A stretch of DNA of 64,000 nucleotides from Asaia bogorensis (GTDB taxonomy: Bacteria; Bacteroidota; Bacteroidia; Chitinophagales; Chitinophagaceae): NCBI GenBank assembly GCA_943371535.1, contig CALRVE020000009.1:21262-85261 (forward strand), written 5' to 3'. Each line of letters starts with the position of its first letter. Within the stretch, counting starts at the first letter, position 1. Under the pieces are notes generated by a model. It was given only the letters and a program-made list of their open reading frames with translations, was not told the origin of the DNA and searched no databases. The translations under genes and the position numbers were made by a program. Below are positions 20,408-29,400 of this stretch, in pieces.

Positions 20408-21955
20408 TTAGCCTGCCCAACCTTCTCTATCTAAACTTCTGTATTGTATAGCTTCGGCAATATGTTCAGCTTTAATTTTTTCGCTTGCAGCTAAATCGGC
20501 AATGGTTCTAGCAACTTTTAAAATTCTATCATAAGCTCTTGCACTTAAGTTTAATCGCTCCATGGCTTTTTTTAACAAGGTTTCACTCACCTGATCTAAC
20601 ACACAAATTTCTCTTAATTGCTTACTGCTTATTTGAGCATTGGCATATAAACCCGGCTGATCTTTATAACGTTCAGATTGTATTTCTCTAGCTTTAATTA
20701 CCCTTTCTCTTATTTGTTCAGATGTTTCTCCTTTGCTATTGTTATTGCTCAACTCACTAAAAGCAACTGGGGTAACTTCTACATGCAAATCAATTCTATC
20801 TAATAATGGTCCACTTATTTTATTCAAATATTTTTGAACTGTTCCCGGTGGGCAAGTACATTCTTTATCGGGATGATTGAAAAAACCACAAGGGCAGGGA
20901 TTCATACTAGCAATCAACATAAAATTGGCTGGAAAATCTAACGCCACTTTTGCTCGGCTTATGGTTACTTTTCGTTCTTCCATTGGCTGACGCATTACTT
21001 CTAATACCGTTCTTTTGAATTCGGGTAACTCGTCTAAAAACAACACTCCATTGTGGGCCAAAGAAATTTCTCCAGGCTGTGGAGTGCCACCTCCACCAAC
21101 TAAAGCTACATCGCTAATGGTATGATGTGGACTTCTAAACGGACGTTTAGAAACCAAGCTACTATTCTCTGGCAACTTCCCTGCTACACTATGAATTTTG
21201 GTGGTTTCTAAAGCTTCATGCAAACCCAATGGAGGTAAAATAGTGGGCAATCGTTTGGCCAACATGGTTTTACCTGCACCCGGCGGACCAATTAAAATAG
21301 CATTATGGCCACCAGCAGCTGCTATCTCTAATGCACGTTTAATGTTTTCTTGTCCTTTTACATCACTGAAATCGAAATCAAATTCATATTGATTGGAAAA
21401 GAATTCCTCTCTTGTATTTACAATAACCGGTTGAAGACTTTTTTCGATTCTAAAGAACTCCACCACATCTTTAATATGTTCTACCCCAAAAACTTCTAAA
21501 TTATTAACCATGCCAGCTTCTCTAGCATTGGCTTTGGGTACAATCAAGCCTTTAAACCCTTCTTTCCTAGCTTGTATAGCAATGGGCAATGCCCCTTTAA
21601 TGGGTTGCACAGTTCCGTCAAGGCTTAGTTCACCCATCATTACATAATCTTTCAATCGTTCGGGTTCAACAATTTGTTCACTAGCACCCAATACACCAAT
21701 TGCAATAGGTAAATCAAAAGCACTACCGGTTTTTTTAATATCGGCAGGTGCTAAGTTGATGACAATTTTAGTTCTCGGAAAACTTAAATGATTGGTTTTA
21801 ATAGCACTTTCAATTCGCTGAAAACTTTCTTTTACTGCATTATCGGGCAAGCCAACAATGTAATATTTTAAATCGCCATTGCTCACATTTACTTCAATGG
21901 TTATTGAAATAGCTTCTACTCCATAAACTGCACTACCAAAGGTTTTTACCAGCAT
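20408..21955 (-). CDS. comM: YifB/ComM family Mg-chelatase-like AAA+ ATPase
   Basis: N-terminal Lon-protease-like domain, Walker A (GPPGAGKTMLA), VLFLDELPEF, and a C-terminal Mg-chelatase subunit ChlI-like region. Confidence 0.92.
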   Translation of the reverse strand: MLVKTFGSAVYGVEAISITIEVNVSNGDLKYYIVGLPDNAVKESFQRIESAIKTNHLSFPRTKIVINLAPADIKKTGSAFDLPIAIGVLGASEQIVEPERLKDYVMMGELSLDGTVQPIKGALPIAIQARKEGFKGLIVPKANAREAGMVNNLEVFGVEHIKDVVEFFRIEKSLQPVIVNTREEFFSNQYEFDFDFSDVKGQENIKRALEIAAAGGHNAILIGPPGAGKTMLAKRLPTILPPLGLHEALETTKIHSVAGKLPENSSLVSKRPFRSPHHTISDVALVGGGGTPQPGEISLAHNGVLFLDELPEFKRTVLEVMRQPMEERKVTISRAKVALDFPANFMLIASMNPCPCGFFNHPDKECTCPPGTVQKYLNKISGPLLDRIDLHVEVTPVAFSELSNNNSKGETSEQIRERVIKAREIQSERYKDQPGLYANAQISSKQLREICVLDQVSETLLKKAMERLNLSARAYDRILKVARTIADLAASEKIKAEHIAEAIQYRSLDREGWAG

Positions 21956-22066
21956 TGTTGAGAATTATTAATTATTTCAAAAGTTGAAAGATAAAAATAA
22001 AGTTATTTGAGTTATGAATCGTTGATAAGACTTATCAAAATAAACGAATAAATATGTAGCAACCTT

Positions 22067-22074
22067 TACATTTG
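22067..22074 (+). promoter_or_regulatory. Bacteroidota -7 promoter motif TACATTTG (TAnnTTTG) for folD
   Basis: The motif ends 5 nt before the folD ATG (22080), implying a leaderless or very short-leader mRNA. Confidence 0.3.
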
Positions 22075-22079
22075 CAATC

Positions 22080-22961
22080 ATGATAATTTTAGATGGAAAA
22101 ATTGCAGCAGCAACCGTAAAAACATCCATAAAAACAGGAGTGGATGTACTGTTACAACAGGGCAAAAGAGCACCACATTTAGCAGCTATTTTAGTAGGCA
22201 GTGATGGTGCTAGTGAAACTTATGTAGCCAGTAAAGCCAAGAATTGTGCTGAAGTTGGATTTAACTCAACCTTAATAAGATTAGATGCTACAATTAGCGA
22301 AACAGCATTATTGAATAAAATAATTGAACTAAATAATAATGATGCTATTGACGGCATTTTAGTGCAACTTCCTTTACCCAAACATATTAGCGAAGCCAAA
22401 ATAATTGAAACCATTAGTGCAAGTAAAGATGTAGATGGTTTTCATCCAATAAGTGCAGGCAAATTGGTGCAAGGATTGCCTACTTTTATTCCTGCAACAC
22501 CTTATGGCATTATGTTAATGCTAGAGCATTTTAATATTGATACCAAAGGCAAACATGCAGTGGTAATTGGCAGAAGCAATATTGTTGGCCGACCAATGAG
22601 TATTTTATTAAGCAGCAATTTACCAAAAGGCAATTGTACGGTTACTATTTGTCATAGCCACACTCCTAACCTGAACGAAATGTGTTTACAAGCCGATATT
22701 ATTGTAGCAGCCTTAGGTAAACCAGAATTTGTAAAAGCCAATATGGTGAAAGATGGTGCTGTTGTAATTGATGTTGGTATAACAAGAGTAGCTGATGCAA
22801 CTGCAAAAAACGGATTTAGAATTAAAGGCGATGTTGCTTTTGATGAGGTTGCAACCAAAGCAAGTGCTATTACACCTGTACCTGGTGGTGTTGGACTAAT
22901 GACTATTGCAGGATTATTGAAAAATACTTTGCAAGCGTATAAAGAGAAGCTAGAAGGTTAA
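22080..22961 (+). CDS. folD: Bifunctional methylenetetrahydrofolate dehydrogenase / methenyl-THF cyclohydrolase
   Basis: ILDGK..LAAILVG.DGAS..YV..K, VQLPLP and GRS.IVG.P are classic FolD blocks. Confidence 0.95.
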   Translation: MIILDGKIAAATVKTSIKTGVDVLLQQGKRAPHLAAILVGSDGASETYVASKAKNCAEVGFNSTLIRLDATISETALLNKIIELNNNDAIDGILVQLPLPKHISEAKIIETISASKDVDGFHPISAGKLVQGLPTFIPATPYGIMLMLEHFNIDTKGKHAVVIGRSNIVGRPMSILLSSNLPKGNCTVTICHSHTPNLNEMCLQADIIVAALGKPEFVKANMVKDGAVVIDVGITRVADATAKNGFRIKGDVAFDEVATKASAITPVPGGVGLMTIAGLLKNTLQAYKEKLEG

Positions 22962-23011
22962 GGGTGGAAGGGAAAAGGGAAGAAACGTGAATCGAAAGTC
23001 GTGAGTGGGGA

Positions 23012-23716
23012 GTGAGAAAAGAAATTATTTTAATTGAAAATATACATTTGGAAAATAAAACATTTGAAATAAGCAATCAGCAATTATTACTGCCTGTAAT
23101 GGAAAGTTTTTATACTTTACAGGGAGAAGGTTTTTATGCTGGAAATGCAGCCTACTTTATAAGATTAGGTGGTTGCGATGTAGGTTGTGTTTGGTGCGAT
23201 GTTAAAGAAAGTTGGAATGCCGATGCTCACCCAAAGTTCTCAATTAACCAAATTGTAGAAAAAGCAATTGAGGAAACCGGCATCAACAACCTTCAACCCT
23301 CAACCTTAAACCATAAACCTCTAGTTGTTATTACAGGTGGCGAACCTTTGTTACATAATTTAAACCAACTTACTACAACTTTACAACAAGCAGGCTTTGC
23401 TACCAATATTGAAACCAGTGGTTCATCTCCTTTAAGTGGCAGTTGGAACTGGATTTGTTTATCGCCCAAAAAATTTAAAGCTCCATTGCCCGAAGTGGTA
23501 GCTGTTGCCAATGAATTAAAAGTAGTAGTATTCAATAAACACGATTTTGAGTGGGCCGAAACCTATGCTGCTCAAGTAAATCCTTCTTGCAAATTATATT
23601 TACAAGCCGAGTGGGATAAAAAAGAAATCGTAACTCCGCTTATTATCGATTATATAAAAGCCAATCCGCAATGGTCGTTAAGTGTACAAATTCACAAATA
23701 CATTAACGTACCTTAA
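23012..23716 (+). CDS. queE: 7-carboxy-7-deazaguanine synthase (radical SAM)
   Basis: ESFYTLQGEG..FIRLGGCDVGCVWCD (CxxxCxxC cluster). The true start is uncertain: GTG 23012, TTG 23048 or ATG 23099. Confidence 0.85.
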   Translation: MRKEIILIENIHLENKTFEISNQQLLLPVMESFYTLQGEGFYAGNAAYFIRLGGCDVGCVWCDVKESWNADAHPKFSINQIVEKAIEETGINNLQPSTLNHKPLVVITGGEPLLHNLNQLTTTLQQAGFATNIETSGSSPLSGSWNWICLSPKKFKAPLPEVVAVANELKVVVFNKHDFEWAETYAAQVNPSCKLYLQAEWDKKEIVTPLIIDYIKANPQWSLSVQIHKYINVP

Positions 23717-23764
23717 TTGGCTTTTAACAAAGTCAACAGTTTCTTTTTCCGAACTTGCCCCCTA

Positions 23765-25681
23765 ATGAAAAAAAATCTACTGTTCATATTATTCTCCTGC
23801 TCATTTTTTTTGGTGAAGTCACAAACTTATCAGCCAGAAAAAATAAATAAAAAAGCCATTAAATATTATGATCAAGCAGTAGAATATTTAAGAGATAATT
23901 CTTTGCCAGAATCTATTCCATTTTTACGAAAAGCCATTGCAGCCGATAGCAATTATGTAGATGCAATTTTATCGTTAGCAGGTGTGTATGGTCAGCTTAA
24001 AAAACATGAATTATCTGTTTACAATTATGAATGGGCAAAGAGAAAAGACACCATTTACTTCAAACAATATCATTTACCTTATTCTATCAATTTAGCAGGA
24101 TTGGGAAAGTTTAAAGAAGCTTTAGTAGCCATTGATTATTTTTTAGCCATTCCAAAAATTAGTCCTAATAGCATTAAAGCAGGCAATTTCAGAAAGCGTT
24201 GTTATGAGTTTGCATTGCAGTATGAAAGTACTCACCCTATAAGCAATTATGTTTTTGCTCCAGTGAATTTAGGCGATCATGTAAATAGTGAAAAAAGTGA
24301 ATATTATCCAAGTGTAACTATAGACGATAGCTTGTTGGTGTTTACACGTAGAGGTGAAGGTTACAGAGAAGATTTTATGCAAAGCAAAATAGTTAACAAC
24401 GAATATCAACCAGCAACAGTTATAAATGGCGATATTAATATTGAACCATCAAAAGGAGCCATAACAGTTTCGGCCGATGGCGAATGGATGATTTTTGCTG
24501 GCAATTTTGGCAAACGAAAAGGCTTTGGCGATTTTGATTTATACATTTCACTCTATACACCAGATGGCTGGAGTGAACCAGAAAATTTAGGCTCAAATAT
24601 TAATACCGAATTTTGGGAAAGCAGCCCAAGCCTTAGCCCAGATAAACGTGTATTGTATTTTAGCAGTAATCGTTATGATGGTTATGGTGGTAGAGATTTA
24701 TATTACAGCGTTCGCATGAGCAATGGAAAATTTGGTCCTGCCATGAATATGGGTGATAGCATTAACACCACTGGTGATGAATTGGCACCTTATATTCATG
24801 CCGATAATCAAACTTTGTTTTTTACAAGTGACGGACATCCAGGTTATGGTGGAACTGATTTGTATGTTATGCGTAAGCAAGATGATGGTACTTGGGGGAA
24901 ACCTGAAAATTTAGGCTATCCTATAAATACAGTTGATGATGAAGGAAGTTTTGCAGTAAGTGCCGATGGCTTAACAGCTTATTATGCAAGTAATAGAGCC
25001 GATAGTAGAGGAGATTTAGATTTGTATAAATTTAAGTTGAGAGCCGACATCCGTCCTGCTAAAACTTTGTATGTAAAAGGAAAAGTGTACGATAAATTAA
25101 CCAACAAAGGTTTGCCTTGTACAGTTGAATTAATTGATAATAGTACTGGCAATGCATTAATGAAAATTCAAACAGATGAATTGGGCGAATACTTTATTAC
25201 CTTACCTAAAGGAAAAGACTACACATTTATAGTAAACAGAAAAGGTTATTTATTTTATACCGAATTGTATGAGTTAAAAAACAAAGAAGCTGATAGTACG
25301 TATAAAAAAGATATTCCATTACAACCGGTAGCTTTAAACACCAATTTTGTATTTAATAATATTCAGTTTGAAGCCAACTCGTTTAAATTATTACCCATTA
25401 GCTTAATTGAATTAGATAAATTATTACAAATATTGATAGAGAATCCTAGTTTAAAAGTAGAAATTAGTGGTCATACAGATAACTTAGGCAATGCAACAGA
25501 AAACATCAAACTCAGCACCTATAGAGCAAAAGCGGTGGTAGATTATTTGGTAAACAAAGGCATTGCAGCCAATAGGCTTACGTATAAAGGTTTTGGATCT
25601 ACCAAACCCATTGCAGATAATGGCACAGAAAAAGGAAGAGCAAAAAATAGACGAACAGAATTTACAGTTGTTGGTTTATAA
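23765..25681 (+). CDS. OmpA-family protein with TPR, TolB-like (PD40) repeats, CarboxypepD_reg-like and C-terminal OmpA domain
   Basis: Signal peptide MKKNLLFILFSC, repeated (L/M)YF(S/T)S..(GY)GG.DLY blocks, and C-terminal OmpA motifs (GHTDN.G....N..LS..RA..V..YL). Confidence 0.85.
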   Translation: MKKNLLFILFSCSFFLVKSQTYQPEKINKKAIKYYDQAVEYLRDNSLPESIPFLRKAIAADSNYVDAILSLAGVYGQLKKHELSVYNYEWAKRKDTIYFKQYHLPYSINLAGLGKFKEALVAIDYFLAIPKISPNSIKAGNFRKRCYEFALQYESTHPISNYVFAPVNLGDHVNSEKSEYYPSVTIDDSLLVFTRRGEGYREDFMQSKIVNNEYQPATVINGDINIEPSKGAITVSADGEWMIFAGNFGKRKGFGDFDLYISLYTPDGWSEPENLGSNINTEFWESSPSLSPDKRVLYFSSNRYDGYGGRDLYYSVRMSNGKFGPAMNMGDSINTTGDELAPYIHADNQTLFFTSDGHPGYGGTDLYVMRKQDDGTWGKPENLGYPINTVDDEGSFAVSADGLTAYYASNRADSRGDLDLYKFKLRADIRPAKTLYVKGKVYDKLTNKGLPCTVELIDNSTGNALMKIQTDELGEYFITLPKGKDYTFIVNRKGYLFYTELYELKNKEADSTYKKDIPLQPVALNTNFVFNNIQFEANSFKLLPISLIELDKLLQILIENPSLKVEISGHTDNLGNATENIKLSTYRAKAVVDYLVNKGIAANRLTYKGFGSTKPIADNGTEKGRAKNRRTEFTVVGL

Positions 25682-25713
25682 ATAATAAAATCTTTATTTA
25701 TCTTCATGCTAAG

Positions 25714-26811
25714 ATGAATAAAGATTTACTCCATCAAATAGCCCTTTCATTAATTCCAGGCATTGGCCCTGTACAGGCCAAGCAATTGCTGGAACAATTT
25801 GGCGATGCTGAAACCATTTTTAAAGCCAAGAAAAAAGATTTAAGTGCAGTAGCAGGAATTGGAGAAATTAAAGCCAAACAAATTAAAGATTTCAATCAGT
25901 TTCAAGAAGCCGAAGCCGAAATAAAGTTTACCGAAAAACATCATATACAATGTTTGTTTTTAACCCATGAAGACTATCCTAAAAAATTATTGCATTGTTA
26001 CGATGCTCCAACCATATTGTATTACAGAGGCAATGCCAACCTGAACAATAGCAAAATAATCAGCATTATTGGTACAAGAAATAATACCGATTATGGTAAA
26101 CAAGTAACCGAAGATTTAATAACCGAATTAATACCATACAATGTACTTATTGTAAGTGGATTGGCATATGGCATAGATGCCATTGCACATAAAGCATCTG
26201 TAAAAAACAATGTACCAACTGTGGGTGTATTGGCACATGGATTAGATTCTATTTATCCGGCACAGCATAAAAGTTTGGCAAAAGACATGTTACTAAATGG
26301 AGGTTTATTAACGGAGTTTAGAAAAAATGTAAAAGCCGATAGATATAATTTTCCTCAACGAAACAGAATTGTTGCAGGCATGGCCGATGCAACTATAGTA
26401 ATAGAAACTGCAAGCAAAGGAGGCAGCATGATTACGGCTGAATTGGCTTATAACTACAATAAAGATGTGTTTGCTATACCTGGAAAAATATATGATGGAA
26501 AAAGTAGTGGCTGTTTAAAACTCATTCAACAAAACAAAGCCATTTTATTAACTGGTGCCGAACAATTGATTGAAGAAATGGGCTGGCAAGAAAAAAAGAA
26601 ACCACCCAAAAAACAAAGAGAATTATTTATAGAACTCACCAACGATGAACAATTGATTGTAGCTATTTTAAAAGAAAAAGAAGTAGTTTCAATTGATGAA
26701 TTGTATTTACAAACAGGCTTAAGTAGCAGCAGCATTGCAGGTGCCATACTTAATTTAGAACTACAAAATGTGGTAGCTAGCTTACCTGGTAAAATGTATA
26801 AGTTAATGTAA
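25714..26811 (+). CDS. dprA: DNA-processing protein DprA (Smf)
   Basis: SAM-like N-terminus, Rossmann core (IIGTR..T.YG, SGLA.GID..AH) and a C-terminal winged-helix-like tail. Confidence 0.92.
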   Translation: MNKDLLHQIALSLIPGIGPVQAKQLLEQFGDAETIFKAKKKDLSAVAGIGEIKAKQIKDFNQFQEAEAEIKFTEKHHIQCLFLTHEDYPKKLLHCYDAPTILYYRGNANLNNSKIISIIGTRNNTDYGKQVTEDLITELIPYNVLIVSGLAYGIDAIAHKASVKNNVPTVGVLAHGLDSIYPAQHKSLAKDMLLNGGLLTEFRKNVKADRYNFPQRNRIVAGMADATIVIETASKGGSMITAELAYNYNKDVFAIPGKIYDGKSSGCLKLIQQNKAILLTGAEQLIEEMGWQEKKKPPKKQRELFIELTNDEQLIVAILKEKEVVSIDELYLQTGLSSSSIAGAILNLELQNVVASLPGKMYKLM

Positions 26812-26870
26812 AGAAAAGTTTAATGAAAGGTTGATAAGGGCATGGCATCGTATGTTGCTTGAAATGATGA

Positions 26871-26904
26871 AACCCCGTCAACGGTTTTAACCTTGACGGT
26901 GGTT
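26871..26904. repeat. GC-rich palindromic repeat, type A copy 1 (AACCCCGTCAACGGTTTTAACCTTGACGGTGGTT)
   Basis: 33/34 identical to 28031..28064. It has an internal 7-bp stem CCGTCAA/TTGACGG. Confidence 0.8.
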
Positions 26905-26925
26905 CTTATAAAAATAAACTCTACC

Positions 26926-26966
26926 AAAACCGCCGTCAGGGCTGTTAGCCGCTGGCGGGATTTTTT
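26926..26966. terminator. GC-rich palindromic repeat, type B copy 1, acting as a bidirectional terminator
   Basis: AAAACCGCCGTCAGGGCTgttAGCCGCTGGCGGGATTTTTT. The hairpin is flanked by A- and T-runs between convergent dprA and orf117, and is related to 27965..28001. Confidence 0.65.
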
Positions 26967-27318
26967 ACATCATAATTCTATTAATCAATTTTTCTTCTTC
27001 CCCAGCTTTTTGTTTGTATAAACAAACCGACTTTAATTTTTCACCATTTCCTACTGCAACATTTTTAAGCATTTGTGATGCTGGAATATTAAAAGTACTT
27101 GTCCATTGTTGCATCATATTACACAGTAAAATATGGGTGCCACTTAAACTGCCATCACTTTGTACACATAAGTTTTGTAAATGCCTAAACAACATATTTT
27201 CTGTATGTTCTTCGGCACAAAAACCTGCCAATGCCAATGGCATATTGGTGTTATTGTATTCAGCCACAATTCTGTATTGCTGATGACTTTTGCCACAATT
27301 GAGTAATCTATTGTTCAT
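26965..27318 (-). CDS. Hypothetical protein (117 aa), divergent from the umuD-like gene
   Basis: This is the longest ORF in the interval. No family recognised. It overlaps a shorter antisense ORF (27014..27283), which I consider spurious. Confidence 0.45.
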   Translation of the reverse strand: MNNRLLNCGKSHQQYRIVAEYNNTNMPLALAGFCAEEHTENMLFRHLQNLCVQSDGSLSGTHILLCNMMQQWTSTFNIPASQMLKNVAVGNGEKLKSVCLYKQKAGEEEKLINRIMM

Positions 27319-27391
27319 ACAAGTATATTTTTAAAAACTAAATTTTGTGGTATAAAAATACTAATTAATTTAGCATTTCAAAATTAATTTT

Positions 27392-27883
27392 ATGTCTGAT
27401 GAAATATTTAACCAAACTGCATACGCTGGAACAAAAAAATTTACTCAGCAAGATGTACAAACGGCCAATGCCAGTGGCTTTGGTGCTGCTGCTGATGATT
27501 ATATGGAACGTGGTATTGATTTGAATGAACAGTTAATTATGAATAAACCTGCCACTTATTTTTTTAGAATGAACAGTGATGCCATGGAAAGTGCTGGTAT
27601 TTATGCTGGCGATGTTTTAATTGTTGATAGAAGTATTAAAATAAGCAATGGAAAAATTATTGTGGCTGCTGTAAATGGAGAATTATTTGTACGTAGGTAC
27701 GAACAAAGCTTTCATCAAAAAAAACTGCTTGCAGAAAATAAAAAAATGAAAGACATTGTATTAGATGAGTTTACCCAATTTATGAGCTGGGGGGTGGTTA
27801 CTTGTGTGATACATTTATTAGATGAATCGTTACAGGCGTTTAATAAAAAAACGAAAGCAATTCAACCCCGTCAAAAGTTTTAA
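27392..27883 (+). CDS. umuD: UmuD-like S24 (LexA/UmuD) family protein; the catalytic Ser and Lys appear substituted
   Basis: It aligns by eye with E. coli UmuD: SGFGAAADDYMERGIDLNEQLIMNKPATYFFRMNSDAMESAGIYAGDVLIVD..IIVAAVNGELFVRRY against [67 protein letters not shown]. Confidence 0.8.
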   Translation: MSDEIFNQTAYAGTKKFTQQDVQTANASGFGAAADDYMERGIDLNEQLIMNKPATYFFRMNSDAMESAGIYAGDVLIVDRSIKISNGKIIVAAVNGELFVRRYEQSFHQKKLLAENKKMKDIVLDEFTQFMSWGVVTCVIHLLDESLQAFNKKTKAIQPRQKF

Positions 27884-27964
27884 ATATTGGCAGCTGTATA
27901 ATTGAGAAATAATTTAATTAAACCATATAATCAACTTATATAATAATTTAAACCATAGTATTTT

Positions 27965-28001
27965 AAAACCGCCGACGAGGCTTGAAGCCATCGTCGGGGT
28001 T
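27965..28001. repeat. GC-rich palindromic repeat, type B copy 2
   Basis: AAAACCGCCGACGAGGCTtgaAGCCATCGTCGGGGTT. It has the same 5' AAAACCGCCG and central GGCT/AGCC as 26926..26966, with different but still complementary stem bases. Confidence 0.7.
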
Positions 28002-28030
28002 AAACAAGATTTTGTTGATTAATCAAGTCT

Positions 28031-28064
28031 AACCCCGTCAACGGTTTTAACCTTGACGGCGGTT
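28031..28064. repeat. GC-rich palindromic repeat, type A copy 2
   Basis: AACCCCGTCAACGGTTTTAACCTTGACGGCGGTT, ending 16 nt before the umuC ATG. Confidence 0.8.
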
Positions 28065-28080
28065 GTTCATAACAAAAAAC

Positions 28081-29361
28081 ATGAGAGCCATAGTAGATTG
28101 TAATAGTTTTTATTGTTCTTGTGAAAGGTTATTTAGACCCGACCTAGAAAAACAACCAGTTGTTGTACTTAGCAATAACGATGGTTGCATCATAGCCCGA
28201 AGCGATGAAGCCAAAGCCTTTGGTATTGCTATGGCAGGTCCTTATTTTAAAGCCAAGCCACTCATTGAAAAACATGGAGTAGCTACTTTTTCATCGAACT
28301 ATAATTTATATGGCGATTTAAGTTGGCGGGTAATGGAAACTTTACGCCAACTTGTTGGTAAAGAAAATGTAGAAGTATATAGTGTAGATGAAGCTTTTTT
28401 GAATTTAGATGCATTTGTTAAATATGATTTAAATGAGCTGGCTTTGCACATAAGAACTACTGTAGAACAATGGACAGGCATTAAAGTGTCGGTAGGCATT
28501 GCTCCCACCAAAGTATTGGCTAAAGTTGCCAACCGATTATCGAAAAAAAATAAAATAGCTACCAACTGTGTAATGGTATTAGATACCAAACAAAAAATTG
28601 ATGAAGCATTAAAAAAAACCAATATAGAAGATATTTGGGGTGTAGGTTATCAGTACGCAGAAAAATTAAAACGTTGGCAAATTTATACTGCTTACGATTT
28701 AAGTTTAAAAGACGTTAGCTGGGCTACCAAACAATTAGGTGGCGTTGTTGGAGCAAGATTGGTAAGAGAACTAAAAGGCATTTTAAGTACTGCTATGGAA
28801 GATGAATTGGTAAATAAAAAAATGATTGCTACCACACGTATGTTTGGTGAACCTGTTGTTGATTTAAAAAGTATTAAAGAAGCAGTAGCCACCTACATTT
28901 CAAGAGCAGCAGAAAAATTACGCAGGCAACATGGTGCAGCAAAAATGATTAGCGTTTTTTTAGTAGCCAAAGAAGAAAATCATACTGCCAGTTTTAACCG
29001 TGGTGCAACCATAAGCAGCTACACAACATTAGATAAAGCAACTTCTTTTACAAACGAATTAATAAAGCCAGCAGTTGAAATGGCCGAACGTTTATTTGAA
29101 GAAGGAAGAATCTACAAAAAAGCAGGAGTAATGCTTAGTAAAATTGTACCCGATACTTCTATTCAAGGAAATTTATTTTTACCCGATACAACAAATAGAA
29201 GTAAACTATTAATGGATATGATTGATAATATCAACTTCAGCCAGCGAAATGATATTTTAAAATTTGCTAGTAGTGGTACTGAAAGAAATTGGAAAATGCA
29301 ACAATGCTTTCATAGCCCAAAATATACTTGTAGGTGGAATGATATTTGTTTAGTGAAGTAA
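28081..29361 (+). CDS. umuC: Y-family DNA polymerase, UmuC (Pol V catalytic subunit)-like
   Basis: MRAIVDCNSFYCSCERLFRPDLEKQPVVVLSNNDGCIIARSDEAKAFGI parallels the E. coli UmuC N-terminus. The catalytic D (IVDCN) and DE (YSVDEAF) are present. Confidence 0.9.
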   Translation: MRAIVDCNSFYCSCERLFRPDLEKQPVVVLSNNDGCIIARSDEAKAFGIAMAGPYFKAKPLIEKHGVATFSSNYNLYGDLSWRVMETLRQLVGKENVEVYSVDEAFLNLDAFVKYDLNELALHIRTTVEQWTGIKVSVGIAPTKVLAKVANRLSKKNKIATNCVMVLDTKQKIDEALKKTNIEDIWGVGYQYAEKLKRWQIYTAYDLSLKDVSWATKQLGGVVGARLVRELKGILSTAMEDELVNKKMIATTRMFGEPVVDLKSIKEAVATYISRAAEKLRRQHGAAKMISVFLVAKEENHTASFNRGATISSYTTLDKATSFTNELIKPAVEMAERLFEEGRIYKKAGVMLSKIVPDTSIQGNLFLPDTTNRSKLLMDMIDNINFSQRNDILKFASSGTERNWKMQQCFHSPKYTCRWNDICLVK

Positions 29362-29400
29362 AACTCATAAAATGCATCTTGAAAATTTATGATAAACATA

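Noticed and set aside
22962-23098. preQ1 riboswitch upstream of queE
   Set aside because: The region is purine-rich word sequence. It shows no compact hairpin plus A-rich tail of the kind expected for preQ1-I/II aptamers.
27014-27283. 89-aa plus-strand ORF overlapping orf117
   Set aside because: It is fully embedded antisense in the longer 117-aa ORF and is Cys/Leu/Phe-rich with no start context. I kept the longer minus-strand ORF, at low confidence.
27319-27391. Possible SOS-type operator in the orf117/umuD divergent region (CTAAATT...AATTTAG; GTAT-aaaa-ATAC)
   Set aside because: The inverted repeats are short, AT-only and widely spaced, which is easily produced by chance in this composition. 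I cannot tie them to a known LexA-type motif.
26871-28064. The GC-rich palindromes as integron attC sites or gene cassettes
   Set aside because: One element begins with an RYYYAAC-like GTCTAAC (28027..28033), but the matching GTTRRRY core is poor (GTTGTTC) and the other copies lack both cores. The enclosed genes are in opposite orientations, and no integrase is nearby.
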